Shown here: piece by piece, positions 10,783 to 21,977 of the stretch
Layout of the letters: each line of letters starts with the position of its first letter
How positions within the stretch are numbered: position 1 is the stretch's first letter
From: Azolla caroliniana
Taxonomy: Eukaryota > Plantae > Polypodiophyta
Direction of reading: 5' to 3'
DNA length: 64,000 bases
Assembly: GCA_043228905.1 (NCBI GenBank)
Contig: JBHGNT010000016.1
Location: 14,508,001-14,572,000 of the forward strand
Translations under genes and position numbers: made by a program
The notes under the pieces: model-generated
Seen by the model: the letters and a program-made list of their open reading frames with translations, nothing else
The model's database searches: none
Told to the model about the DNA's origin: nothing

Positions 10783-11893
10783 TGTTACGCACGGGGCATG
10801 TAGTTCCTGTCAGTATGTTCCCACGGATCGGCAAGTTGCCGACATCTTCACCAAGCCACTCGGATCGGACAAGTTGCAGCACTTTACCGACATGCTTGGT
10901 GTTCAGCATCTCGACATGCCACACTTGAGGGGGAGAACGAGCAGAGACACCGGAACGGGCAAAGGCAAAGAGACTGTCGATTGCGCCGATGAGGGAAAAA
11001 TAGAAGGCGGCAGAGTCAAGAAGGACAGAGCCAACTGAAGGAAGAAGGCCAAGACCTGGACAGGGTCCGATGTGGTAATGGGGTTGGGACCAGAAGACGA
11101 AATGGGAGCAACCGATTCAGACAACAGCTGGAATGAATCGGAGACAGTCGATTCGGTTCAACAGACAGATTCAGAAGAACCGGATCAATTCAAGGCCAAG
11201 CAGACACGGATGCAGCGGAAGTCGATGCCATCGCGGAGAAACCGACGGATCGATAAGCGCTGGAGTCACAACAGCGAAAGAGCTGAGAGGGGCCTATTGA
11301 GCAAACATACCGACCGAGAAGGTCGAGGCACGCAGAACAAGAAGGGTCGCGGCAAACAGAACCGGACCGGACGAGGAGCGCGAGCAAGGCGAAGCGACGC
11401 CAGGAGAAGTCGGTTGGAAGAATCGGCTGCCACAGAGACTGTCACTACGATCCAACCTCAAGTTGAGCTTGAGGGGGAGTGTTGAGTGGCAAGCTCAATT
11501 GGAGCCGGATCGGCTGAATAAGCCTGAGCCGGCAAGCGAGACGGATCTGTAAGCTGTGAGCAACCGAGCCGGCAAGCAAAAGAGCCGGTGAGCTGGGGAG
11601 CCGGTTAGCCGGATCCAATCAGTAACTGGAAGCCTAGTATTAGTGTAGACTACTAGGCAATAATAGTCTCGTAGTAAGTGTCAAATGCTCGTGTGAGCAT
11701 TGAAGTACGCGGTACTTCTGTCAGTCCCACGAGGACTTGTATAAATAATGCTACTAAGCATAGTTGTATATACAGAGTGTTTTTATCGTTTTTGAATATA
11801 GCCTTGACGGTCTGCTCTCTCTCTATCTCTCCCGTGTACTCTGTGTATTCCCTACCTTCTCTATTTTCTAACGCTTCCGCAAGTAATCATTCA
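10783..11893 (+). mobile_element. 3' fragment of a family-D copia (D1): RNase H end, charged C-terminal extension, PPT and 3' LTR (11480-11893)
   Basis: QYVPTDRQVADIFTKPLG; GAGGGGGAG|TGTTGAG at 11471-11486; LTR end GCTTCCGC...TTCA resembles the LTR end at 32518. Confidence 0.8.
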
Positions 11894-13426
11894 CAAGCTT
11901 GTATCTCAACACTCCCCCTTAAGCTCCACTTGAGGTTCCGCCTGCTCTTCCGGATCTTTGTTCCGGCTTCTCCTGGCTTCACGCCTCGCTCGTGCTCCTC
12001 GACCCGTTTGATTTCGCGCGCCTCGACCCTTTCGGTCGGCTTGTCTGCTTGTGTGTCCTTTCTCAACTCCCTTGCTATCGTGGTGTTGGTGCCTCTTCCG
12101 CTGCCCTTTCCTCCGCTTGGCCTTTAGTTGATTCAGTGTCTCCGAATCGAACATTCGAACCGAATCGGTTGTCTCCGATTCGTTTCCACTCTTGCCCGAA
12201 TTGACTATCTCCAATTCCTCTTCTGTCTTTAGGCCCTTAACTACATCAGACCATGTCTTGGTCTTGGCCATCTTGGCCTTCTTGGCTAGTTCATCTCCCC
12301 CTTGTTCGGCTGACTTCGGCTCTTCCCTTTGGTTGTTGCCCTTGTTTCCGCCTTCGGCTTCTTCAGCCGACTTGAAATTGAATTCTTCATCCGACTCGGC
12401 TTCACGGCCATTTCCGCTCCTTTCCTGCTCCCTTTCCTGGTCTTTTCTCCCCCTCAAGTTCGGCACGTCGAGGTGTTGCAAACCAAGTGCACCCGAGAAT
12501 GGCCACAAATTGTCAAGACCAAGGAGCTTGGTGAAGATGTCGACAGTATGCCGATCTGTCGGAACATATACTAGTTCAACTTCACAGGAGAGGACACGCT
12601 CGCGGACAAAATGGTAGTGCACCTCAATGTGCTTGGTCCAGGCATGGAAGATGGGGTTCTTCAAAAGTTGGATGTTGATGAGGTTGTTGCAATAGATCGT
12701 CATCGGATCAGACCCCTCCACCTGTAGATTCTTGAGTAGCCTCTTGAGCCAGATGACTTCGCACGTAGTGACAATCACTCCTCGATACTCGGTCTCTGTG
12801 CTTGACAACGCCACTGTCGGCTGCTTTTTACTACTCCATGTGATCGTTACACTTCCCAATGAAAATGCATATCCAGATATTGATCTGTGATCGCTGGCAT
12901 TTCCGACCCAATCGGCATCCGTGTAACCGACTAACTGCTCGACTACTCCTGCCCTATATAGCAACGCCATATCCTTAGTGCCACGAACGTAGCGTAATAT
13001 CCTTTGCACGCACTGAAGGTGTTCGGCCATGGGCTGCGACATAAATTGACTGATCAGGCCGATCGGGTAACTGAGATCCGACCGAGTGATCGTCAAATAA
13101 ATTAGGCTTCCAACAATCTGTCGGAACCGTGTTGGGTCACACATCGTTCTCGAATCTAGGCTAAGCTTTATGTTTCGGTCTAGAGGAGTTGAGATGGACT
13201 TACAGGCTGCCATCCCGAACTTGAAGAGCATACTTAGCACGTAATGTCCTTGGCTGATCAGTATGCCTTCGGGGATGCGGATCACTTCGATCCCTAGGAA
13301 GTAATGAGAGTCCCCTAGGTCCTTCATGTCGAATGATGCCGCGAGCTGGGACTTTACGTGGCCAATGTCATCTAGGTTGGTGTCGGCGATGACTAAATCA
13401 TCAACATAAAGTAAAATACTAACCGG
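11894..13426 (-). pseudogene. Family-D copia (D2): RT end, RNase H and C-terminal extension, with 18 bp of 3' LTR; continues at 21241-21346
   Basis: ORF 11906-13327 (MKDLG...YTDADW...DIFTK). Removing the E1 insertion restores GRHGPVSILLYVDDL. Confidence 0.88.
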
Positions 13427-14210
13427 TGTCGGGGTAGTTGTGGTTCATGCGGCGAAGTCGCAGGAACTAAGGTTAAAAGGAGTTGGTTGTATATTTTATC
13501 AGGCTTGTGTAACAATGTTAGAAAGATTAAGGATAGGAAGAACAAGAGTTACAAGTAATATGAGAGAGACAGATGAGCATAGATAAGAGATAAGAGACAA
13601 TGTATGATTTAAGAAGTGAAACTGTATTATAAGAACAAGCTTTATATTAACAACACACTATTTTACCAAAGTTACGATGTCGTGCCTTTCGGCTCCGGAT
13701 CGTTGCGTGAGTCGGGTGGGAACCGCCGAGGTTTTGGACTAGGAGGAAGAGGAATACAACTTAAGGCTAGTTATGAATAGTGGAAAGAGAAGTAGGATAG
13801 CAATCTCGTGAATCCCACGAGTTTAGTGTAATTAAAACAATATTTAGATTATAAGAGCAATTAGATGGCAAAATTCGTGAATCCCACGAATATATTAGAT
13901 TGATCAAAACTTGTATATTAATCAACAACCATATACATATTTTTCTCCTCCTTATATAAAGATGGAAGAGGCTAAGCATGGCTTCATGCTTTTTCACCTA
14001 AAGTACCCATGCACACTAAATGTGCATGTGATGTTTTGTCATTTCCTAAATATAGGGCTCGTGCACGCTAGATGTGCATGAGTCACTTTTAATGTCACGT
14101 GTAAATAAAATATTCACACTCTAAAGAATACATGATTTTTACCTTTTAATAAAGGTATGTGTAAATAAAGGTCTTATACGTATTAAATCTATATTTATAA
14201 CACTAAAGAT

Positions 14211-14270
14211 AAGTTATTACAATGGTAAAGTTGGGGTTTATCTACGTGGAGGTGCATGGTTTGAATCCTG
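14211..14270 (+). promoter_or_regulatory. tRNA-like A/B-box cassette in the F LTR (second copy 20576-20635)
   Basis: TATTACAATGG...GGAGGT...GGTTTGAATCC (GGTTCGAATCT in the 5' LTR); tRNA-like spacing. Confidence 0.6.
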
Positions 14271-14338
14271 CCCTATGCACGTGATAAATTCTTTTGATAT
14301 ATTATTTATTTATTTATATGTATCTAAATTCGGATATA

Positions 14339-17300
14339 TTATTTTATGGTTTTCACGTAGTGTGTGGAATACACTACGACACTCGCCCCCTCCGAACCCG
14401 CACATCCTCCGGTATGTGCCAAAGTTCTCGATTCCCCATATCCGTCTTCACCCAAAGCTTCCTCCGATTCTCCCCTTATGTCGACTATGAGTTGTAATTC
14501 ACGTTCTTCGCTTCCCGCATCCCCGTGGTCTTCGTCTGATTGCTCCTCGTAGTCGGCCTTGGCTTGGATCACATAGGGTTTGTCGTCGGTCCGCTTCTTG
14601 AAAATCTTCACCCGCTTCCCGGCTATAGGCACTCGGAGTATTGTTCCATCCAATTCGGACAGTCGGTACGTTCCGTTGTCGAAGACTTTCTGAACCTCGT
14701 ATGGCCCGAACCACCTATTCGCGAATTTCCGCATCGTTGTATGTTGATGGTCCAAACTACTGTCATAGACGATCACCCAGTCTCCTTCTTCAATCCTCCT
14801 CGGTCGTAGTCGGTGCTTTGTGTCGAACCGGCTTTTGTTCCTTAATCGTGCTTCTTGTTGTCGGCGTATTGCTTCCGCTATGTCTGCCGGTCTTCCCTCT
14901 AGTTGTCGTATCCGGACCGCTAGTAGTTCTTCCCGGCTCATCTCTTCCTTCCACGGTAGCACTGTCCATGTTGCGATCGCGGTTTCCGTCGGCATTACCG
15001 GTGCTTGTCCGGTCATGAGTTCTGCCGGCATGTAACCGGTTATGGAGCTATGCGTCGTCCGATCCGCCCATAGTGCATACGGAAGCATCTGCGGCCAGTC
15101 TTTCACCTTTCCATCGCATGCCTTCGCAAGTGCTTTCACGATCGGACTATGTCCTCGTTCGACTTTCCCGTTGGCCTCCGGATTGTATGCCGTTGTCAGT
15201 GATAACCGAACTCCGTGTTTGGCGAAGAATCCCCTAGCTTTGTCCGAGTCGAGTTCTCCTCGGTCCGCAATCACTTGTCCTACGCACCCGTACCTGCAAA
15301 ATACTTCCTCCAAAAGAAATTGGCATACCGCGGAACACGTTTTCCTCTGAAGCGCTCGACCTTCTACTTGATTCGTGAGATCTTCCCCAGCTAATACCAA
15401 GTATTTCTTTTGTCCGATCCCGGTCGGCATGGCCACTATGTCAACCATCCACTTGAAGTTGATTGTTGGTGAGAATGTCGGATGTAACTCATCTCGATGT
15501 CGAACCCCGGAGTAGACTTGACATTTCTCGCAGCTTTCCGTGAACTCCGCGACATCTTTGTACATTTTCTTCCACCAATATTTTTGCTTGATCTTCACAA
15601 ATGTTGCCCATGTTCCTCGGTGTCCAGCCCAATCGGATTCGTGAAACTCGGACATTATCCGGTCTTGTTGCTTTTTTGTCCCGACTACTCGAAGTGGTAT
15701 ACCATCCGGTCTTTTCGGCGCCCTCCATATTAATCCGTTTTCCAAGAAGAACTTTTGGACTTGCCTCTTCTTCCTTCAGATCTCGGCTCTTCTTCCTTTA
15801 TCGTTTGTTGAATCCTCGGCCTCTTGTAACATCTTTCCGATCATCAAGCTTTCTCCCTCGTATTCTTCTTCCCGGAATTCTCGTATTACGTTTACTCGGC
15901 ATATGTGCTCCGACGCGAAGTAGTCCTCGGAAACTTCTTCATTATCCGATTCGGTTATGTCGTCTCCGAACCGAGCCCTTGATAACATATCCGCTACCGC
16001 GTTGTCCTTCCCCGAGATGTGTCGAACCTCCGGATTAAGCGACTTGACATATGCAACCCACCTTAGCATAGCTACATCTGGTATTGTACAAGACCGCATC
16101 ATCCCGAGTATCGGAAGACAATCCGTCTCGATCACCACTTCGGCTCCGATCAAATAATCCCGATCCGATTTTATCGCTGACACGACTCCCCACAGTTCTC
16201 TTTTGACTTGTGCATATCCACGTTGCCTTTCGTTGAGAACCTTTGCTCCGAATCGGATCGGATACTGCGAACCATCCGAGTCGGCTTGATTGATGACCCA
16301 CCCGATACCGGTTGGACTTGTATCAACCGTTACTATGATCGGTCGGTCGTAGCTCGGCTTCTTAAGTGCTTCCGCCCTCCGAAGTGTCTTCTTCAATTTC
16401 TTCATGGCTTTGGTGTGTTCCAGTTTCCATTCGAATTTCTTACCTTTCCGCAACAAGTGGTAGAGCGGGTCCGCTATATGTGCATAGTGCGGAATCCATA
16501 TGTGATAGAATGCACATGCACCGAGAAACCTTCGGACTTCGGATGTTGACTCGCATACTTCCTCCATAGCTTGAATCGCATCAATCTTTGTTGGTGACGG
16601 TCTTCGGCCGTAGGGCCCACATAGATGTCCGACCACCAATATTTCTTCTTGCCCGAATGCCGATTTCTCCCCGGAAAGTGTTAGGTGCACATCTTCTAGC
16701 TTTCGCAACACTTCCTCGCAAGCATGAATATGGTCGACCACGAACTTTCGGCATCCCCGATCATCCATAGTCTCATCTTTTTCTTCGACTGCGCATCCTT
16801 TCATCGGAATGTCATCGAGGAACGGCATCGTTATCTCTGGAATGCAGTCTCGAAGCACCTTGTTCATCGCGTTCATCATATGAGCAACCGAGTTTGTCGC
16901 TCCTTGTGGTAGTGTGCACATTCGGACTAATCCTATCGGTGTTCGCATGGTTGTGATGTCTCGGCTCTCCACGGCTAGTTGGAATTGGTTATACCCCGAG
17001 TATAGGTCTCCGATGGAGTATATTGCACGACCGGCAAAAGCTTCCGCAAATTCGTCCACTATCGGACCGACTCCCGAGTTCCGGATCGTGACCTTATTCA
17101 CCGGTTGCAAGTCTTGGATAAATCGGAGTGACCCATTCTTCTTCGGAACCGTAAACCATCGATTTGAGTACGGAGCAGTTGATGGCTCTAGAATCCCCAT
17201 CGCCACCTTCTCCTTGAGCAAGTCAATGACTTTCGGAATATGCGCTCATGGCATCGGAATCGGCTTCAGATTCCACGGTACATGGTCAATCGTAAAGATC

Positions 17301-17965
17301 ACCATCGGCTCCACTATTCTCGGATCGACGCACCCTATCTCCCTTGATGTAAATGCAAACGCTTTGCCGTGTTGCTCCAACATCTCGCGAAACCGTTCTT
17401 CTTCTTTCTGTAATAGGAACCCACCTCCACCGATCCGAAGTTTCTTCTGGGTCTCATCCGTGAAGGCATGTCCGATATCCACGGACTTCCGAAGTGTCGG
17501 ATCTCCTGAGACTTCTTTCCTCTTTTGTTCGCTATCGGCGGGTAGTGGTCCCGCGGCCGGTTTCACCTTCTTCTCCACGGTCTTGTATTTCGTACTTACC
17601 ATTGCTTCTTCTTTACGGAGCGTATCCGGCTCCATTTTCGCAATGATCTCGACCGATTCCACCGGGACTACCCGGTTCCCTTGGCTTTTATCTTCCGCAA
17701 GCTCTTCAAGTCGTTGTAGCGTGCTCCCATAGAACACTTCCTCGACTATCCCCACGATTTCTTCATCTTCTTTTATTATTGATGCCGACCGCAACTTATC
17801 CTCCACTTGTCGGTATCCTTTCTTCAATCCTCCGGTTACGGTCGTGTACGTAGATGCCCCATCCGGACCGATTCGTACATGTTTTGCTCCGAGAGTTTTC
17901 TTCCTGTGTGGGGTATCAGGGCTTCTCGGACTATCACTTCCCCACTCCGCAACAGTCCGCTTTAA
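14339..17965 (-). pseudogene. Pol (RT-RNase H-integrase) of element F; one reading frame with two premature TGA stops
   Basis: ORFs 17246-17827, 15776-17221 and 14339-15745 are all in one frame, separated only by TGA (probably CGA>TGA). Motifs FIQDLQPVN, LPQGATNS, FLDD, HHCC, GPY. Confidence 0.9.
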
Positions 17966-20004
17966 AAATCCATTCTCACTTGGGACAAGAGTTCCCTCTT
18001 GTTCCTTTCGTGATTTGCCGGCACCGTTAGGAATTGGACGGATTTCCCACCGTTTTGGCTCCGAATTCGCGCAAAAGCCGCACCGCTATCGAGCACCTTC
18101 GTCTCCATCCGTGATGCCGTGATAAAGGGTTGGCCGAGGATGACGGAATGTGAAACCTCATCTTGCACGAAGAAATTTTGGTCAATCTCGACATCCCCGA
18201 TCTTCACCGTCACATCCGGACAAGCCGCAAATAGATCTTCCGTTGCTTTGGTGGCCGCCCGAATCTTCCATCCATGGTTGGTGTTAATAGGCCACTTCCC
18301 CTTCCGGTAGAACTCCTTGGACATCAAGTTGATCTCCGATCCGTGATCAATCAATGCTAGCACGGTTTCTTTGATGTTGCCGATTCGGACCGGAGTTTCC
18401 GTAGTCGCGCGTGCCCAATGTGGCCTTGTATAGTGGGAGTTCGGAATTTCGTCCTCCACTTCGGTGTCGTTCATTAAAACGGTGTTCGCATTCACCCTTG
18501 GAGCATTTTCCTCCGTACTTTGTCTTTTTCGCTTCACGAGATCTACGAGAAGATCGTGGAACTCCTTCTTTGCTATTCCGAGTAGCTCCCGAAGCGAGAA
18601 ATCTACCCGGCTATCCAAGATTCTTTCCTCGAACACTCTTTTCAAGTCGGTTTGTTGTTCTATGTCCGAGGCGAGCTTGAATGCCGGAGTCGCCTTTTCT
18701 TTTCCCTTACCTCCGGAGTTCCAGCTTTCCGGTATCTTCGATGGACCGGCCGCATCCTCCGTTCGTCGTCGTTTCTCGTCCACATACACCTTATGCAATT
18801 GACACAGGGCGTATACGCTATTCTTGTCGACAGGGCACTCCCATCCCGTAGCTTCCCGGACGCCTTCCGCGGTGCTTCGGATCTCGTTGGAGTCGGTTTT
18901 CTCGGTGTTTTCTAGAACTTCCGGCCAAAAAGACGTCTTTGCTCTCGATGACTCCCCGACACATATTCCCGCGGTTGTCGCATAGTTGCTTCTCGCCGCC
19001 AATTCCTCCTCAAGCACCTTCTTCATGCCGCCTTTCCGGAAGTTCGGTCGGAGTGGCTTCCGAGAGTCCATCGAATGAATCCGGTTTCCCTCGTAGTAGA
19101 TGAGATCCCGCCGTAGCGCCTCCTTATGCTCGTCGCAATCCCTCCGATCGTGTTCGGCGCTATCGCACCATATGCACCGTCGGTCCGTATACTTGGAGCT
19201 TGTGGGGCGGTCATCCGACTTCTTCACCATCGCGATCTTCAGATTCTCCATCTCCTTCAATAGTTGCTCCACCGTAGATGCATCAATCCCCTTCTCGGTT
19301 GTAGTCTCTCGAGCCCTCAGTTGATGGTCTTCCAATCCGGTTCTCGGTTTCGGAATCGGTTCCGAAACCCTCTTTTCCTCGTCGGCAAGCCATTGCCCCC
19401 TCTTCGTGTATTGCGCGACGATATCCCGCACGCTTTCCCATGTTTCTGTGAGGCCGCTCTCCGTGGTCGTGTCCTCCAAGAGCACTCTGAGATCTTTCCG
19501 GTCCCGAATGTCCACGGCTCGCAAGAACATGATCACCTTGTCCGGTACGAGGATAGCTTGATCCCTCGCGGACAACCTCCTGAACCGGCTTTCGAATGCC
19601 AAAAACACATCAACGACCTTCAATCCCTTGTCTGGCGTCTCCACCCAATCTTCGAATCCCCTTCGCGTCGCCTTGGAGGAATCCTCGATGGCGAACGTCC
19701 TCTTTAGCTCTACTTCAAACGCCTCCCATGTCGGATTTTGCTGTCGTAGCCCATGGATGCTTGCTTGAAGCCCGTCGGTCGCCACCCGGTTGAAGGACGT
19801 CACTTGCAGTCCTTCCGATATTCCGCACCGTAGCATCTCCGCCTTGTAATCCCGAAGATACCGCGACACGTCTTTCCCGTTGAATTGCCCGTTTCGTTGC
19901 ACGAGCCGCTCCACTGAGGCCGCTATCTCCGACATCGCGCGTTGTTCTTGTAGCATGCGCTCGAACATCATCATCATGTTGCTAGCCTCTTGTTGATTTT
20001 CCAT
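17962..20004 (-). CDS. Gag-protease ORF of element F
   Basis: MENQQEA start after the PBS; CIWCDSAEHDRRDC knuckle; LIDHGSEIN protease; ends MDF*. Confidence 0.88.
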   Translation of the reverse strand: MENQQEASNMMMMFERMLQEQRAMSEIAASVERLVQRNGQFNGKDVSRYLRDYKAEMLRCGISEGLQVTSFNRVATDGLQASIHGLRQQNPTWEAFEVELKRTFAIEDSSKATRRGFEDWVETPDKGLKVVDVFLAFESRFRRLSARDQAILVPDKVIMFLRAVDIRDRKDLRVLLEDTTTESGLTETWESVRDIVAQYTKRGQWLADEEKRVSEPIPKPRTGLEDHQLRARETTTEKGIDASTVEQLLKEMENLKIAMVKKSDDRPTSSKYTDRRCIWCDSAEHDRRDCDEHKEALRRDLIYYEGNRIHSMDSRKPLRPNFRKGGMKKVLEEELAARSNYATTAGICVGESSRAKTSFWPEVLENTEKTDSNEIRSTAEGVREATGWECPVDKNSVYALCQLHKVYVDEKRRRTEDAAGPSKIPESWNSGGKGKEKATPAFKLASDIEQQTDLKRVFEERILDSRVDFSLRELLGIAKKEFHDLLVDLVKRKRQSTEENAPRVNANTVLMNDTEVEDEIPNSHYTRPHWARATTETPVRIGNIKETVLALIDHGSEINLMSKEFYRKGKWPINTNHGWKIRAATKATEDLFAACPDVTVKIGDVEIDQNFFVQDEVSHSVILGQPFITASRMETKVLDSGAAFARIRSQNGGKSVQFLTVPANHERNKRELLSQVRMDF

Positions 20005-20020
20005 CTCCTTGCCACCCGTT

Positions 20021-20038
20021 TTCACGTCGGGTTCACCA
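20021..20038 (-). promoter_or_regulatory. PBS complementary to tRNA-Trp (element F)
   Basis: Plus strand TTCACGTCGGGTTCACCA matches my recollection of the plant tRNA-Trp(CCA) 3' end; 4 nt from the LTR. Confidence 0.85.
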
Positions 20039-21640
20039 ACTGTGTCGTGCCTTTCGGCTCCGGATCGTTGCGTGAGTCGGGTGGGAACCGCCGAGGTTTT
20101 GGACTAGGAGGAAGAGGAATACAACTTAAGGCTAGTTATGAATAGTGGAAAGAGAAGTAAGATAGCAATCTCGTGAATCCCACGAGTTTAGTGTAATTAA
20201 AACAATATTTAGATTATAAGAGCAATTAGATGGCAAAATTCGTGAATCCCACGAATATATTAGATTGATCAAAACTTGTATATTAATCAACAACCATATA
20301 CATATTTTTCTCCTCCTTATATAAAGATGGAAGAGGCTAAGCATGGCTTCATGCTTTTTCACCTAAAGTACCCATGCACACTAAATGTGCATGTGATGTT
20401 TTGTCATTTCCTAAATATAGGGCTCGTGCACGCTAGATGTGCATGAGTCACTTTTAATGTCACGTGTAAATAAAATATTCACACTCTAAAGAATACATGA
20501 TTTTTACCTTTTAATAAAGGTATGTGTAAATAAAGGTCTTATACGTATTAAATCTATATCTATAACACTAAAGATAAGTTATTACAATGGTAAAGTTGGG
20601 GTTTATCTACGTGGAGGTGCATGGTTCGAATCTTGCCCTATGCATGTGATAAATTCTTTTGATATATTATTTATTTATTTATATGTATCTAAATTCGGAT
20701 ATATTATTTTATGGTCTTCACGTAGTGTGTGGAATACACTACGACAACGATGTCGATCACAAGATGAAACCCTTCTCTACCAACTCTTGATTTGAACCCT
20801 CGACTTCAACTTCGAGAGAAAGACACTTCCCCAAATGCGCTAGCGTCTTTGCTTGATTATATTATTTGATTTCTTACTTTCTCTTCTTGATTACCCTGTT
20901 TTCCCCTTGATTCATCCCTTAATTCCTTGCCTCTCTTTATAGGTTCTCTCATGTATATGATGATATGGGGTTGCATGGCATGCATCTAATGCATGTGATG
21001 CATGTGATGCACGATTGTCATTTTGCGCACATGCTTTACATGTGATGCATGATAGCCATCATGCTCATCTAAGCTCTAATGTCATAAGTATGTGATAAAA
21101 ATATAACCATAGAAAATAACTTATCCTAATGGTATATGCTTCGTCCGTGGTGTGTGAGATTACGGGTTCAAGTCTCTTAAATGTTACTTAATACAATATT
21201 CAAGTTTATTTTTATATCGTGAAGCAAATCCTTCACGACACCGGTCCATGTCGACCTTTCCGGACGAACAATGAAGAGTCCGATTTGGACGTCGCAAACC
21301 CCATCCGATGCAGGCGTTGCGTGATCTTTGCATTCCGCATGCGCGGTGTCGGGGTAGTTGTGGTTTGTGTAGTGAAGTCGCAAGGACTAAGGTTAAAAGG
21401 AGTTGGTTATATATTTTATAAGGCTTGTACAACAATGTTAGGAAGATTAAGGATAGGAAGAACAAGAGTTAGAAGTAATGTGCGAGAGACAGATGAGGAT
21501 AGATAAGAGATAAGAGACAATGTATGATTTAAGAAGTGAAAATGCATTATAAGAACATTTAAGCTTTATATTAACAACACAATATTTTACCAAAGTCACA
21601 ATGTCGACCACAAGATGCAACTTTTCTTTCGCTGAACTCT

Positions 21641-21699
21641 AGATTTGAACCCTTGACTCCAACTTTAAAACACAAGCCTCTTCCCAAATGAGCTAACTT
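21641..21699 (-). promoter_or_regulatory. tRNA-like cassette in R/U5 of E LTRs (also 20790-20846, 31231-31288)
   Basis: Minus strand AAGTTAGCTCATTTGGGAAGAGG...GGAGTCAAGGGTTCAAATC gives D-arm A-box and T-arm B-box. Confidence 0.7.
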
Positions 21700-21977
21700 A
21701 TTTATTTGATTATATTATTTCTCTAGCTTTCTCTTGATTGATTACTCTGTTTTCCCTTCATTCATCTCTGAATTCCTTGCGCCTCTTTATAGGTTCTCTC
21801 ATGCATATGATGATATGCGGGGTGGATGGCATGCATGTAATGCATGTGATGCATGATAGCCATTTGGCGCACATGCGTTACATGTGATGCATGATAGCCA
21901 TCATGCTCATCTAAGCTCTAATGCATGAAGATATACATGTCATAAGTATGGTGAAAAAACCATAACTATAGAAAGTA

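Larger units (their letters stand above)
13678..20746 (-). mobile_element. Full-length Ty3/gypsy element F (non-chromovirus, Phygy/fungal-like RT), tRNA-Trp primed, 4-bp TSD
   Basis: LTRs 13678-14381 and 20043-20746 (704 bp, roughly half a dozen differences); TSD ACGA (13674-13677, 20747-20750); PPT CGGAGGGGGCGAG; order gag-PR-RT-RH-IN. Confidence 0.95.
13427..21240 (-). mobile_element. Solo LTR E1 (gypsy family E), split into 13427-13677 and 20747-21240 by element F
   Basis: TGTCGGGG...CACGACA ends; 4-bp TSD CCGG (13423-13426, 21241-21244); colinear with LTR 21347-22098. Confidence 0.9.

Noticed and set aside
15776-17248. Stop-codon readthrough at the two TGAs in F pol
   Set aside because: Both are best explained as CGA>TGA methyl-C deaminations, a lesion also seen in element C.
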